Below are positions 1 to 8,457 of a stretch of 64,000 bases of DNA, piece by piece. The stretch spans positions 835 through 64,834 of the forward strand of contig JBAZXG010000003.1 of the NCBI GenBank assembly GCA_041660005.1, given 5' to 3'. The position numbers and the translations under genes are program-made. This stretch comes from Patescibacteria group bacterium. Its GTDB lineage: Bacteria; Patescibacteriota; Patescibacteriia; GWA2-46-9. The notes beneath the pieces were generated by a model. The model ran no database searches, was not told the DNA's origin, and saw only the letters and a program-made list of their open reading frames with translations. The number at the start of each line of letters is the position of its first letter. Positions within the stretch are counted from its first letter, which is position 1.

Positions 1-56
1 TTCATATATTATACTACACGCGCGACCACGCTCCTATGTGTGGATAGAAAAACTCC

Positions 57-734
57 ATGTCAACCATTGAACAACTATTTGGTTCACCAGAAAAAATTCG
101 TATTCTCCGGTTCTTTCTTTTTCATCCGGAAAGCCGTTTTTCGCTGGCAGAGCTCCGCCAGCGCGCAGGATCGAAAGCATTTAAGAAGCCAAGGAATCTT
201 TCTGATCTGGTACGGCTGCAGGCGATTATAGCGGAGGTGAGCAAAGAGACCAGCGAAACGGTTTATAGCGTCAACCCTCATTGGCTACTTTACCAAGAAT
301 TTAGAAACTTGTTCGTCAAGGCGCAACTTTTAGTGGAGCGAGATCTAATTGCCAGAATTGAACGTGCAGGGAAAATACGTCTTTTAATTTTGGCAGGGCT
401 ATTTGTTGGTGAACCATCTTCCGCAACCGACATGCTTATCGTCGGCCAGATAAATCATCATGCTGTTACCCGTCACTTGAAAGAGTTTGAAAAAGAACTC
501 GACCAAGAGGTAAACTATACCGTTTTTACAAACACTGAATATCGTTATAGGAAAAATGTGGGAGACCGTTTTCTCTATTCCATTTTAGAAAAGCCGCATT
601 TGGTAGTCGTTGACGTTACCGATAAGCCGGCTGCTAAAACGCCCTCGCAAGGAAAGACAAGAAGGAAAAGTTCAGCAGTACTGTATGCAAAAAGCAATTC
701 AAAAAACAAGGCGAAAAAGAACAGCAGGGGATAA
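57..734 (+). CDS. Conserved hypothetical protein: N-terminal winged-HTH plus degenerate nucleotidyltransferase-like domain, basic C-terminal tail
   Basis: 225 aa. N-terminus LFGSPEKIRILRFF resembles an ArsR-like wHTH start; ILAGLF...DMLIVG...EVNYTVF resembles a minimal nucleotidyltransferase fold. Confidence 0.6.
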   Translation: MSTIEQLFGSPEKIRILRFFLFHPESRFSLAELRQRAGSKAFKKPRNLSDLVRLQAIIAEVSKETSETVYSVNPHWLLYQEFRNLFVKAQLLVERDLIARIERAGKIRLLILAGLFVGEPSSATDMLIVGQINHHAVTRHLKEFEKELDQEVNYTVFTNTEYRYRKNVGDRFLYSILEKPHLVVVDVTDKPAAKTPSQGKTRRKSSAVLYAKSNSKNKAKKNSRG

Positions 735-744
735 TAGTGGTGGC

Positions 745-1134
745 TTGTTGTTCCTCGCTGCTACGGACTTAGGGGGTTTACACATTAAAATAGTAAGATC
801 CGACGGTATAGTGCAAAAAGAGGTGAACATTAATGAAAAGCAGCTGCGTAAGTATGGTGCTTCTTTCGTTGTGACGAGCGCTTGCAAAAAAGCAATTGGT
901 TCACCGGAAAAATTGGCAGCAGTTATTGTTGAGCAGTGCAGCGGCTCTTTTACTAATTTACGTTTAACTGTTTCTGTAGCGAATACTTTTGGTTGGCTTT
1001 ATTGCGTACCAGTTTGCACCACAGAAAATTGGAATTCTTTTTTTCTTTCGAAAAAAAATTATTCGAAACTGAACTTTATCGTTCCTCGTTACTCAAAGGA
1101 GCCGAATATAACGGTTTCTCGAAAGAGTATCTAG
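745..1134 (+). CDS. tsaB: Truncated TsaB-like protein (t6A biosynthesis)
   Basis: SGSFTNLRLTVSVANTF matches the TsaB GPGSFTGLR motif; C-terminal PxYxxEPNIT. Start moved to TTG 745/748 to avoid overlap with the upstream gene. Confidence 0.7.
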   Translation: MLFLAATDLGGLHIKIVRSDGIVQKEVNINEKQLRKYGASFVVTSACKKAIGSPEKLAAVIVEQCSGSFTNLRLTVSVANTFGWLYCVPVCTTENWNSFFLSKKNYSKLNFIVPRYSKEPNITVSRKSI

Positions 1135-1295
1135 AACCCATCTCAAAAATCCTTGTTCACCCAAACCGCACCTATGCCGCAGCGTTACGACCAAAAAATG
1201 CTCGAAAGACCTCCAGTATTCCTCTGCTTTTTTGACTGTGGCTCGGTTGGCATCTCCGCGCTTTGGCTCGAAAACTATTTTTGAGATGGGTTCTA
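1132..1295. mobile_element. MITE-like non-autonomous element with 19-bp perfect terminal inverted repeats
   Basis: TAGAACCCATCTCAAAAAT (1132-1150) is the exact reverse complement of ATTTTTGAGATGGGTTCTA (1277-1295). The outer TA may be a target duplication; no credible ORF inside. Confidence 0.7.
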
Positions 1296-1311
1296 AGCAC
1301 TAGCGCAAAAT

Positions 1312-1344
1312 TGCAAAAAACCGCCCAAAGGGCGGTTTTTTGCA
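1312..1344. terminator. Bidirectional intrinsic terminator
   Basis: TGCAAAAAA-CCGCCC-AAA-GGGCGG-TTTTTTGCA perfect hairpin with A/T tracts on both sides. Confidence 0.85.
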
Positions 1345-1383
1345 TTGGCCCTATTTTATGTTCTAACACAGTAGTGTTGACGA

Positions 1384-1438
1384 TTGGTGAGCTGTGGTGT
1401 AAAATGGATGATAAGTGGTTGGAAGTGGATAATAGTGG
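1384..1438 (+). promoter_or_regulatory. MraZ operator: array of (G)TGG direct repeats at ~10-bp period
   Basis: TGG at 1385, 1395, 1405, 1416, 1426 and 1436, directly upstream of mraZ; MraZ is known to bind 10-bp-spaced GTGG/TGGG boxes. Confidence 0.75.
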
Positions 1439-1455
1439 GGATAAGGTCATCATTT

Positions 1456-1464
1456 TGTGGATAA
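1456..1464 (-). promoter_or_regulatory. Perfect DnaA box (TTATCCACA on the minus strand)
   Basis: TGTGGATAA at 1456-1464; one-mismatch versions at 1424-1432 and 1436-1444. Confidence 0.5.
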
Positions 1465-1485
1465 CTTGTTTTAACAAATTCAGTC

Positions 1486-1917
1486 ATGTTTTTAGGCGAA
1501 TACCAGCACACCGTTGATGATAAGGGCCGCATAGCGGTTCCGGTTAAGTTTCGTTCATCTCTGCAAAAAGGAGCGGTTGTTACCCGTGGTATTGATCAAT
1601 GCCTTTTTGTTTATCCTATAAAGGAGTGGGAATCTCTTGCCGCAAAGCTCGCCAGCTTACCGGTTTCGCAGGCAAATACGCGCGCTTTTGCCCGCCTTAT
1701 GCTTGCTGGAGCCATGGAAGTAAAACCAGATCGGCAAGGGAGGGTCATTTTGCCTGACTATTTGCGTAAGTATGCTGGTTTACGTCACAAGGTCGTGTTG
1801 GCGGGCCTTTATAATCGTTTAGAGCTTTGGGACAGTGAGCGTTGGGAAAGTTATCGAAAAGGGACAGAGGAGAATAGTGCGGTCATCGCCGAGGCGATGC
1901 ATGACCTCGGCGTCTAG
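1486..1917 (+). CDS. mraZ: Division/cell wall cluster transcriptional repressor MraZ
   Basis: MFLGEYQHTVDDKGRIAVP and DRQGRVILP motifs; 143 aa. Confidence 0.97.
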   Translation: MFLGEYQHTVDDKGRIAVPVKFRSSLQKGAVVTRGIDQCLFVYPIKEWESLAAKLASLPVSQANTRAFARLMLAGAMEVKPDRQGRVILPDYLRKYAGLRHKVVLAGLYNRLELWDSERWESYRKGTEENSAVIAEAMHDLGV

Positions 1918-1929
1918 TCAAAATATGCT

Positions 1930-2853
1930 ATGCAGCAACGACATGCCCCGGTTCTTTTGGAGGAGGTCATCCGTTATCTGCACCCGCTTCCGAATCAAAA
2001 TTTTGTCGATGCAACTTATGGCGGCGGGGGACATGCGACTGCCCTCCTTCAGGCAACGAAGCCAGCGGGGCAAATATTTACCTTTGATGTCGACCCCGGT
2101 GTTGCGGTACATGCCAAAAGTCTCGGTAACCGCGTTCATCACTTTACAGAAAACTTTTCTCATATAAATAAGGTATTGAGCGATGCGGCACCCACTATTA
2201 CAATTCACGGAATTCTCTTTGACCTCGGTTACTCATCGCTGCAGCTTGCAGACGAAACATTGGGGCTTTCATTTCAAACAAAACAGCCACTTGATATGCG
2301 ACTTAGTCGCACAGGAACTATGACCGCTGCTGTAATCGTCAATACCTGGCAAGAAGCAGAAATTGCCGACGCTCTGTATCAATTTGGTGAAGAGCGCGCC
2401 TCTCGTCGTATTGCCGCGGCTATTGTTCGTGCACGAAAAATTAAAACGATTACGACGACAGACGAACTCGCTGCAATTGTTGCCAAAGCGGCGGGGAAGC
2501 GATCACGGAGAATTCACCCTGCAACCCTGACGTTTCAAGCACTTCGCATTGCGGTGAATAACGAATTGGAAAATTTACGGGAGGGTATTGTTGGAGCAAA
2601 AGAAATGCTTACTCTTGGCGGGCGTATAGCTGTCATTTCTTTTCATTCGCTCGAGGATCGTATTGTCAAACAAATGTTTCGCGATTCTGAAAAATATTGC
2701 CACTGTGCTCCTGAGTCGTTGCAGTGTCGCTGTGATAAAACCAAAGTATGGAAAATCATAACGAAAAAACCCGTTACCCCGACGAGTAGTGAACTTTTAC
2801 AAAACCCCAGGTCGCGCAGCGCAAAGCTTCGTGTCTTAGAAAAATGTATATGA
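1930..2853 (+). CDS. rsmH: 16S rRNA (cytosine1402-N4)-methyltransferase
   Basis: HAPVLL, DATYGGGGH, DLGYSSLQL, FHSLEDR, NPRSRSAKLR motifs. Confidence 0.97.
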   Translation: MQQRHAPVLLEEVIRYLHPLPNQNFVDATYGGGGHATALLQATKPAGQIFTFDVDPGVAVHAKSLGNRVHHFTENFSHINKVLSDAAPTITIHGILFDLGYSSLQLADETLGLSFQTKQPLDMRLSRTGTMTAAVIVNTWQEAEIADALYQFGEERASRRIAAAIVRARKIKTITTTDELAAIVAKAAGKRSRRIHPATLTFQALRIAVNNELENLREGIVGAKEMLTLGGRIAVISFHSLEDRIVKQMFRDSEKYCHCAPESLQCRCDKTKVWKIITKKPVTPTSSELLQNPRSRSAKLRVLEKCI

Positions 2854-3188
2854 TAACAAAAAGCCGCGGTCATCAACAAGCTCGTCCGTTTCAAGCAGGC
2901 AACACATCTCGATTTTTTCAAAAAAAAGCGTTCGTTATTATTACTTTAGCTGCTTTACTCTTTAGCTATGCAGGGTTTGCTAATAATGTAGCGACGCTCG
3001 GTTATAAGTTAGATGCGGCAGAGCAGGAGGTAGCAGTGTTGCAGAAAACGCAAACAAATTTAGAACTTGACATTGCAGCCGCTCGTTCACTACCTCGAGT
3101 TGAAGCGGTTGTTGGTTCGCTAGCGCTTGTTCCTGCATCTACGATTGAATACGCTGCGTCAACCGCGACCGCTGTCGCTATTCGATAA
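2850..3188 (+). CDS. ftsL: Cell division protein FtsL-like
   Basis: Single TM segment followed by a leucine coiled coil; lies between rsmH and ftsI. Confidence 0.65.
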   Translation: MITKSRGHQQARPFQAGNTSRFFQKKAFVIITLAALLFSYAGFANNVATLGYKLDAAEQEVAVLQKTQTNLELDIAAARSLPRVEAVVGSLALVPASTIEYAASTATAVAIR

Positions 3189-3202
3189 TTTGGTATTCGG
3201 CA

Positions 3203-4963
3203 ATGGCTGCACGATTTGGCACGCCTCCGCCGGAAAAAAGGGGATCCAACTCTGTACGACTGCGTGTTGTTAAAACAGGAGTTTTATTGGTCGTTGCGGC
3301 CATTGTCTTACGGCTTTGGCAGCTCCAGGTTATTGATCATGCGGCGTACGCACAATTATCTCTTGGACAGCAAGCAACCTATGAATTGTTGACTCCGGAG
3401 CGGGGGAAGATTTTTGCAACTCAACGCGGTGCCAGTGGTGGTGAAGAGCTTGTGCCGCTCGCCGTTAATCGAGATGCCTATTTCATTTTTGCAAACCCTC
3501 GTCTGATCGAGGATCCAAAAGCAGCGGCTGAGGCGCTCGCCGGACCGCTCAAAAAAAGTGTCGATGAATTGTTACCGCTTCTTGATAAGCCGGATGATCC
3601 CTATGCGCCGCTTCTCCATCGAGCCGGCGCAGATGTAGCCGCAGCAATACGTGCGTTGAACTTACCCGGCATACAGATGATAACGGAGCGCGAACGTTTC
3701 TACCCGAACAATAATGTCGGCAGTCATGTGTTGGGCTTTGTGAGCTACAAAGACGATAAGCTAGTCGGACAGTATGGCATTGAAGGAACATTGAATAGCA
3801 AGCTCGCTGGAACTGCGGGAAGCATTCAGTCAATCCAAAGTCCGGGTGGCGTCTGGATTACACTCGGGGATCGCGACGTCAAAGAAGCCGTTGACGGAAG
3901 CAGTGTCGTACTCACAATTGATTGGACCGTGCAATTTTATGCCTGCCGTGCGCTCGATGCTTGGGTGGCGAAGCATGGCGCTACGGGTGGCAGCGTCATT
4001 GTCATGAACCCAGCAACCGGTGCAATTATTGCTATGTGCGGCTCGCCTGATTTTAATCCGAATGTTTTTAATGAAACAGAAAAAATTACCGCGTTTAATA
4101 ATCCGGCTCTCTTTTTGAATTACGAACCAGGATCAGTGATGAAGGGTCTCACCATGGCTGCGGCCATCGACCAGCAGCGTGTGACACCAACCTCCACGTA
4201 CGTTGATACGGGTTCGGTAACGTTTGGCAGAAGTGTCATAAAAAATTCTGATAATAAAGCACACGGCGTGCAAACAATGACGCAGGTGTTGGAAGAGTCT
4301 CTGAACACCGGGGCTATTTATGCCATGCGGCAAGTAGGTCTTTCAGTGTTCAAAAAATATCTTGAGGACTTTGGTCTTGGTTCTGTAACCGGCATTGATC
4401 TCGAAGGAGAGGCGGCTGGTAACCTAAAGAGTCTTTACCAAAATAATGAAATCTACGCAGCAACGGCTTCTTTTGGGCAGGGGGTCACCGCTACGCCATT
4501 GCAAATGGTTGCTGCCTATGCGGCTATAGCCAATAATGGGAAGTTAATGCAGCCGTACCTTGTGCAAGAAGTTAAGCATCCTGATGGCTCAGTAGAAACG
4601 CACAGCAGTAAAACAGTGCGTCAGGTCATCAACCAAAGGACCTCAGCACAAATTAGCGGTATGCTTGCTCGGGTGGTTACGAACGGTCATGGTAAAAAAG
4701 CTGCGGTTCCGGGCTATGTTATCGCAGGAAAAACGGGGACGGCGCAGATTCCAAGAAAGGACGGTAAGGGGTACGAGTCTGGTTCGACTATTGGTTCATT
4801 CATTGGCTATGGACCGGTAAGTAACCCCAAGTTTGCTATGCTGGTGCGTATTGATCGCCCGCAAGACGTTCAATTTGCTGAGTCTTCGGCGGCGCCGCTA
4901 TTTGGCGATTTGGCAAAATTTATACTACAGTATTATGAAGTTCCGTTTGATAATATAAAATAA
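3203..4963 (+). CDS. ftsI: Class B penicillin-binding protein (FtsI/PBP3-like)
   Basis: N-terminal TM, RGKI and RFYP dimerisation motifs, EPGSVMK (SxxK), SLN (SxN), KTGTAQ. Confidence 0.92.
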   Translation: MAARFGTPPPEKRGSNSVRLRVVKTGVLLVVAAIVLRLWQLQVIDHAAYAQLSLGQQATYELLTPERGKIFATQRGASGGEELVPLAVNRDAYFIFANPRLIEDPKAAAEALAGPLKKSVDELLPLLDKPDDPYAPLLHRAGADVAAAIRALNLPGIQMITERERFYPNNNVGSHVLGFVSYKDDKLVGQYGIEGTLNSKLAGTAGSIQSIQSPGGVWITLGDRDVKEAVDGSSVVLTIDWTVQFYACRALDAWVAKHGATGGSVIVMNPATGAIIAMCGSPDFNPNVFNETEKITAFNNPALFLNYEPGSVMKGLTMAAAIDQQRVTPTSTYVDTGSVTFGRSVIKNSDNKAHGVQTMTQVLEESLNTGAIYAMRQVGLSVFKKYLEDFGLGSVTGIDLEGEAAGNLKSLYQNNEIYAATASFGQGVTATPLQMVAAYAAIANNGKLMQPYLVQEVKHPDGSVETHSSKTVRQVINQRTSAQISGMLARVVTNGHGKKAAVPGYVIAGKTGTAQIPRKDGKGYESGSTIGSFIGYGPVSNPKFAMLVRIDRPQDVQFAESSAAPLFGDLAKFILQYYEVPFDNIK

Positions 4964-4966
4964 TTT

Positions 4967-6268
4967 ATGCGCAAACTTTTTTACGCCTATTTGGCACTTC
5001 TGGCAAAATTATCGTTGCGCCGTTATAAGCCGCTCGTTATAGCAGTAACGGGTTCGGTGGGCAAAACAACGACCAAAGACATGATTGCTGCGGTGTTGCA
5101 GCAGCGGTACCGCGTGCGCGCGAGCGAGCGCAGTTATAATAACGAACTAGGTCTTCCGCTTACGATCCTTGGCGCGCCAAGTGCGAGTAGTTCTGCTCTG
5201 GGCTGGCTTGGCATTGTCGCAAAAGCAACAGTACAAGTTTTTGGCTACCAGAGGGGATATCCTCAAGTATTAGTGCTTGAGATGGGGGCTGATCATCCCG
5301 GAGACCTTGCTTACCTAACGTCAATAGCGAAACCCGACATTGCCGTGCTGACTGCCATAGCGCCGGTTCATTTAGAATTTTTTAAAAATATCGAAGAGGT
5401 CGCTCGTGAAAAAAGGAGCATTTTTAAGAGCTTGAAACCAAACGGCACAGCGATTTTGAACGAGGACGACAATGTTGTGTCCGCTACGAAAGTTGATGCA
5501 AATATGCGAACTCTTCGTTATGGAATGTCTGACAATGCTGGCATCAAAGGGAGCGACGTTAATATGCGGTTCTCACTTGGTCAAGGTTCGGAAGAAGCGA
5601 AGGGGGAAGTGAATTTTAAAATTTCACATGAGGGTTCCTCGGTTCCTGTTCACCTTGACGGAGTCTTGGGAGAGCCCGCGGTTTTGTCAGCGCTTGCCGC
5701 GTCATCTGTAGCTTTGAGTCTTGGTATGAACCTCGTGGATATTTCGGATGTGCTTTCCGCAACCTACAAGGGAACGCCTGGGCGTTTGCGATTGTTACCG
5801 GGAATAAAAGGAACGACTGTCATTGACGATTCTTATAACGCCTCTCCCGCTGCCATGATTGCCGCAATTAACGTGCTTGTCGCAGTGCCGAAAGACAAAA
5901 AGAATATGCGATGGGCAGTACTGGGCAGCATGGCTGAGTTGGGAACTGAAACGGCTCATGGGCATGAGCTAGTGGGAGCAGAGCTTGCGAAGCAGAGAAT
6001 AGACGGGTTAGTCACCGTCGGAGAAAGAGCGAGAATGATAGCGCAGACAGTTCGCGAAAAGGGAATGGATGCGAGAAACATTTTTTCGTTTGCAAAGGCG
6101 GAAGAGGCAGGCCATTTTTTGCAGGAACGGTTAGAGCCAGGGGATGTCGTGCTCATCAAGGGTTCGCAAGTCGTACGCATGGAGAAAGTTGTTAAAGAAA
6201 TTATGGCGGAGCCGAGTAGGGCTTCTGAGTTACTTGTTCGTCAAGGTCCCGAGTGGCAGGGTCGCTAA
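4967..6268 (+). CDS. murF: UDP-N-acetylmuramoyl-tripeptide--D-alanyl-D-alanine ligase
   Basis: VTGSVGKTTTKD, NNELGLPLT, EMG, DDSYNASP, LIKGS motifs. Confidence 0.92.
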   Translation: MRKLFYAYLALLAKLSLRRYKPLVIAVTGSVGKTTTKDMIAAVLQQRYRVRASERSYNNELGLPLTILGAPSASSSALGWLGIVAKATVQVFGYQRGYPQVLVLEMGADHPGDLAYLTSIAKPDIAVLTAIAPVHLEFFKNIEEVAREKRSIFKSLKPNGTAILNEDDNVVSATKVDANMRTLRYGMSDNAGIKGSDVNMRFSLGQGSEEAKGEVNFKISHEGSSVPVHLDGVLGEPAVLSALAASSVALSLGMNLVDISDVLSATYKGTPGRLRLLPGIKGTTVIDDSYNASPAAMIAAINVLVAVPKDKKNMRWAVLGSMAELGTETAHGHELVGAELAKQRIDGLVTVGERARMIAQTVREKGMDARNIFSFAKAEEAGHFLQERLEPGDVVLIKGSQVVRMEKVVKEIMAEPSRASELLVRQGPEWQGR

Positions 6269-6271
6269 ACG

Positions 6272-6300
6272 TTGACGAGATAGTAAAAAAACACTACCGT
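6272..6300 (+). promoter_or_regulatory. Putative sigma70 promoter of tRNA-Glu
   Basis: TTGACG-17 bp-TACCGT. Confidence 0.5.
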
Positions 6301-6301
6301 T

Positions 6302-6401
6302 CCTACTTCGCTCTCGCTGTGCCCGAGCTACGAAGGACAAGTATTTCTGTTTATAACAGAGTTTGCCCTGCGTAGCTCTGGCGAAGCCAGAGCAGAGCAT
6401 G
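6302..6401. repeat. Inverted pair of REP-like palindromic units in the tRNA-Glu leader
   Basis: GAGCTACGAAGGACAA (6325-6340) and TTGCCCTGCGTAGCTC (6363-6378) are reverse complements at 14/16 positions; a small hairpin lies between them and a GCTCTGGC-GAA-GCCAGAGC hairpin follows. Confidence 0.55.
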
Positions 6402-6402
6402 A

Positions 6403-6477
6403 GCCGCGTTCGTCTAATGGTTAGGACACATGGTTCTCATCCATGAAATACGGGTTCGATTCCCGTACGCGGTACCA
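6403..6477 (+). tRNA. tRNA-Glu(CUC), CCA encoded
   Basis: Cloverleaf: acceptor GCCGCGT/ACGCGGT, anticodon arm CATGG-TTCTCAT-CCATG, T arm ACGGG-TTCGATT-CCCGT, ends ACCA. Confidence 0.96.
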
Positions 6478-6515
6478 AAAAAATTCAGTCGCCATAACGG
6501 CGAGTGAATTTTTTT
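6478..6515. terminator. Bidirectional terminator between tRNA-Glu and the convergent TrmB gene
   Basis: AAAAAATTCA-G-TCGCC-ATAAC-GGCGA-G-TGAATTTTTT hairpin. Confidence 0.7.
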
Positions 6516-6585
6516 ATACTTGCGCGTATGAGGAATCGAACCCAAGGATGAATTTTTATAAATAAAATTTGATAAAAAATCGGAC

Positions 6586-7347
6586 TCAATCATTTGACTC
6601 GTCCCAGATGCACCAAAACCATGTCCGATAACTGTCCGCTAACTTTTTACTTTTTAGCACAAAGAAAACAACGTCTTCATCAATATGTCCAACGCCAACA
6701 AAACCAGTGTGCGTAATGACGTAGTCTCCAAAAATATGAATGCCCGACGCTGTTGAATATTTTTTTGGCAAATAACGGTACTTGAGTGTTGCTGGAAACT
6801 CCTTAGCAAAGTTTGGAAGTTTAATTTTTACTTCCTGGTCAAATAAATGGATGAATGTAATTTTTTTCTTTTTTGCTTCTTGAAAAAAACGTTTCCCACT
6901 TACGGTCAAACGAGGGTCAAACCAGCCGCCTTTGGCGCCAATGAAATAACTATCTTCGCCGACCCGCAACACTTCGCGCCAAATATTTTTTAGCCCTTCA
7001 AACCCACGGTAGATGTACGCTTCTTCATCGATACGGCGTTCGTGGAACTTCTTTTTCAAAGCAGGCAGAATGTCCTCGAGGCGCTGCCGTTTCTCTGTTA
7101 GAAGCTCCAAAAGTTTGTCCGGATCCACGGCATTGTAATGGGTCTCGCCTGGTGTCAGTACTTGAAAGCATAACCCTTTGTCGAGCAGTCGCCGCATAGC
7201 ATCATAGGCGTTACGACGATGGATTTTTCCAACCGTCGCAATTCTGCTGACCGTAGATTCTCCTTTATCGAGCAGCGTTTCGTATATTCGCCACTCGTTA
7301 GGAGAGAGTCCGAGTATTTTATAAATTTCTTCGCTTAGCCTTTCCAT
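6586..7347 (-). CDS. TrmB-family transcriptional regulator
   Basis: LGLSPNEWRIYETLLDKG...HRRNAYDAMRRLLDKGL wHTH, then YRGFEGLKNIW and a PLD-like C-terminal sensor domain. ATG 7347 preferred as start. Confidence 0.85.
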   Translation of the reverse strand: MERLSEEIYKILGLSPNEWRIYETLLDKGESTVSRIATVGKIHRRNAYDAMRRLLDKGLCFQVLTPGETHYNAVDPDKLLELLTEKRQRLEDILPALKKKFHERRIDEEAYIYRGFEGLKNIWREVLRVGEDSYFIGAKGGWFDPRLTVSGKRFFQEAKKKKITFIHLFDQEVKIKLPNFAKEFPATLKYRYLPKKYSTASGIHIFGDYVITHTGFVGVGHIDEDVVFFVLKSKKLADSYRTWFWCIWDESND

Positions 7348-7388
7348 AGTTGGTCCGTTATTGTGGTGGTGTTGGCCACTCACTGGAA

Positions 7389-7400
7389 ACCCTATAGGGT
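7389..7400. promoter_or_regulatory. Perfect 12-bp palindrome in the divergent TrmB/ABC promoter region (candidate operator)
   Basis: ACCCTATAGGGT; overlaps a possible minus-strand TTGACT-17-TAGGGT promoter. Confidence 0.35.
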
Positions 7401-7460
7401 CTGTAATGTGAAGTCAAGGATGTGCCAAGGGCTTCATATTTTGAATATGTAACAATCACT

Positions 7461-8453
7461 ATGAAAAGATGGTTGATCTCGGCTGTTGTAATTATTGTAG
7501 TAGTCGGCTTTTTCATTTTTCGACCAAAAGCGAACAACGCTCTTAAGCACGTCACTGTTGGATTTCAGTCATCACCTCCGATGGCATTGTTGATGATTGC
7601 TAAAGACAAAGGTTTTTTTGAAAAGCAGGGTTTGGATGTGGAGCTAAAAGAATTTACGGCAGGCAAGTTTGCTTTGGGGGCTTTTCTCGGTGGCTCACTT
7701 GATTTTTCGGTTTCGGCGGATGTACCCCCGCTTCTTGCGGCTTTGCAAGGAAATCAATTTGTTGTCCCAGCACAACTTGTGAAGCAAACGAAAAGTGAAG
7801 TACGAGTAGTTGCAAAAAAGGACGGAGATTTAAATGATGCAGCGGCTTACTTTAAAGCAAAAAAGCGAAAGCTTGCAACTTTAAGTGGTGGCGGCCCAGA
7901 GTTCTTTACCTACGAGTTCCTGAATAAACTAGGAATTAAGAAAGAACAAATTGAAATCATCAACCAGAAGCCGGAGGATATGGTAGCGGCGCTCATGAGC
8001 GGAAGCGTGGACGCTATCTCTATGTTTGACCCCGTGGCGTATGTGGCCGAGCAGCAAATGGGGGACAATGCCATTATTTTTACTGACGAAGCGATATACT
8101 CAGAGCTTTACGTCATTGAAGCCCCTATATCGGTAAAGACAGATTCAGCCGTTTTGGAAAAATTTCTTTTGGCGCTGAAAGATGCTGAACAGTTTCTTCA
8201 AGAAAACCCCGATGCCGTCAAAGAGGTTGTTGCGAAGTATACAAAACTCGACAGAAAAACTGTTGATGGAGTTTGGGGAAACACTAACTTTGGCTTGTCT
8301 CTCACCCCTCAACTACTTGAATATTGGAAGAGGGAAGTAGCGTGGGCAAAGGATGTTGGTAAGATAGCAAACGACGTTGAAGTGCCAAACGTTGAAAATT
8401 ATATCTACAGTGCTCCGTTAAGAAAAATTGACCCAACAGCTGTCAGTTTTTAG
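7461..8453 (+). CDS. NitT/TauT (SsuA/THI5-like) ABC transporter substrate-binding protein
   Basis: N-terminal signal anchor; AKDKGFFEKQGLDVELKEF and ALMSGSVDA motifs. Confidence 0.88.
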   Translation: MKRWLISAVVIIVVVGFFIFRPKANNALKHVTVGFQSSPPMALLMIAKDKGFFEKQGLDVELKEFTAGKFALGAFLGGSLDFSVSADVPPLLAALQGNQFVVPAQLVKQTKSEVRVVAKKDGDLNDAAAYFKAKKRKLATLSGGGPEFFTYEFLNKLGIKKEQIEIINQKPEDMVAALMSGSVDAISMFDPVAYVAEQQMGDNAIIFTDEAIYSELYVIEAPISVKTDSAVLEKFLLALKDAEQFLQENPDAVKEVVAKYTKLDRKTVDGVWGNTNFGLSLTPQLLEYWKREVAWAKDVGKIANDVEVPNVENYIYSAPLRKIDPTAVSF

Positions 8454-8457
8454 ACGT

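Noticed and set aside
610-744. N-terminal extension of the TsaB ORF
   Set aside because: Overlaps the upstream gene by 125 bp and lacks TsaB similarity; a later TTG start is more plausible.
1172-1517. Short ORFs spanning the tsaB-mraZ intergenic region
   Set aside because: They run across the MITE end, the terminator and the MraZ operator; no recognisable protein features.
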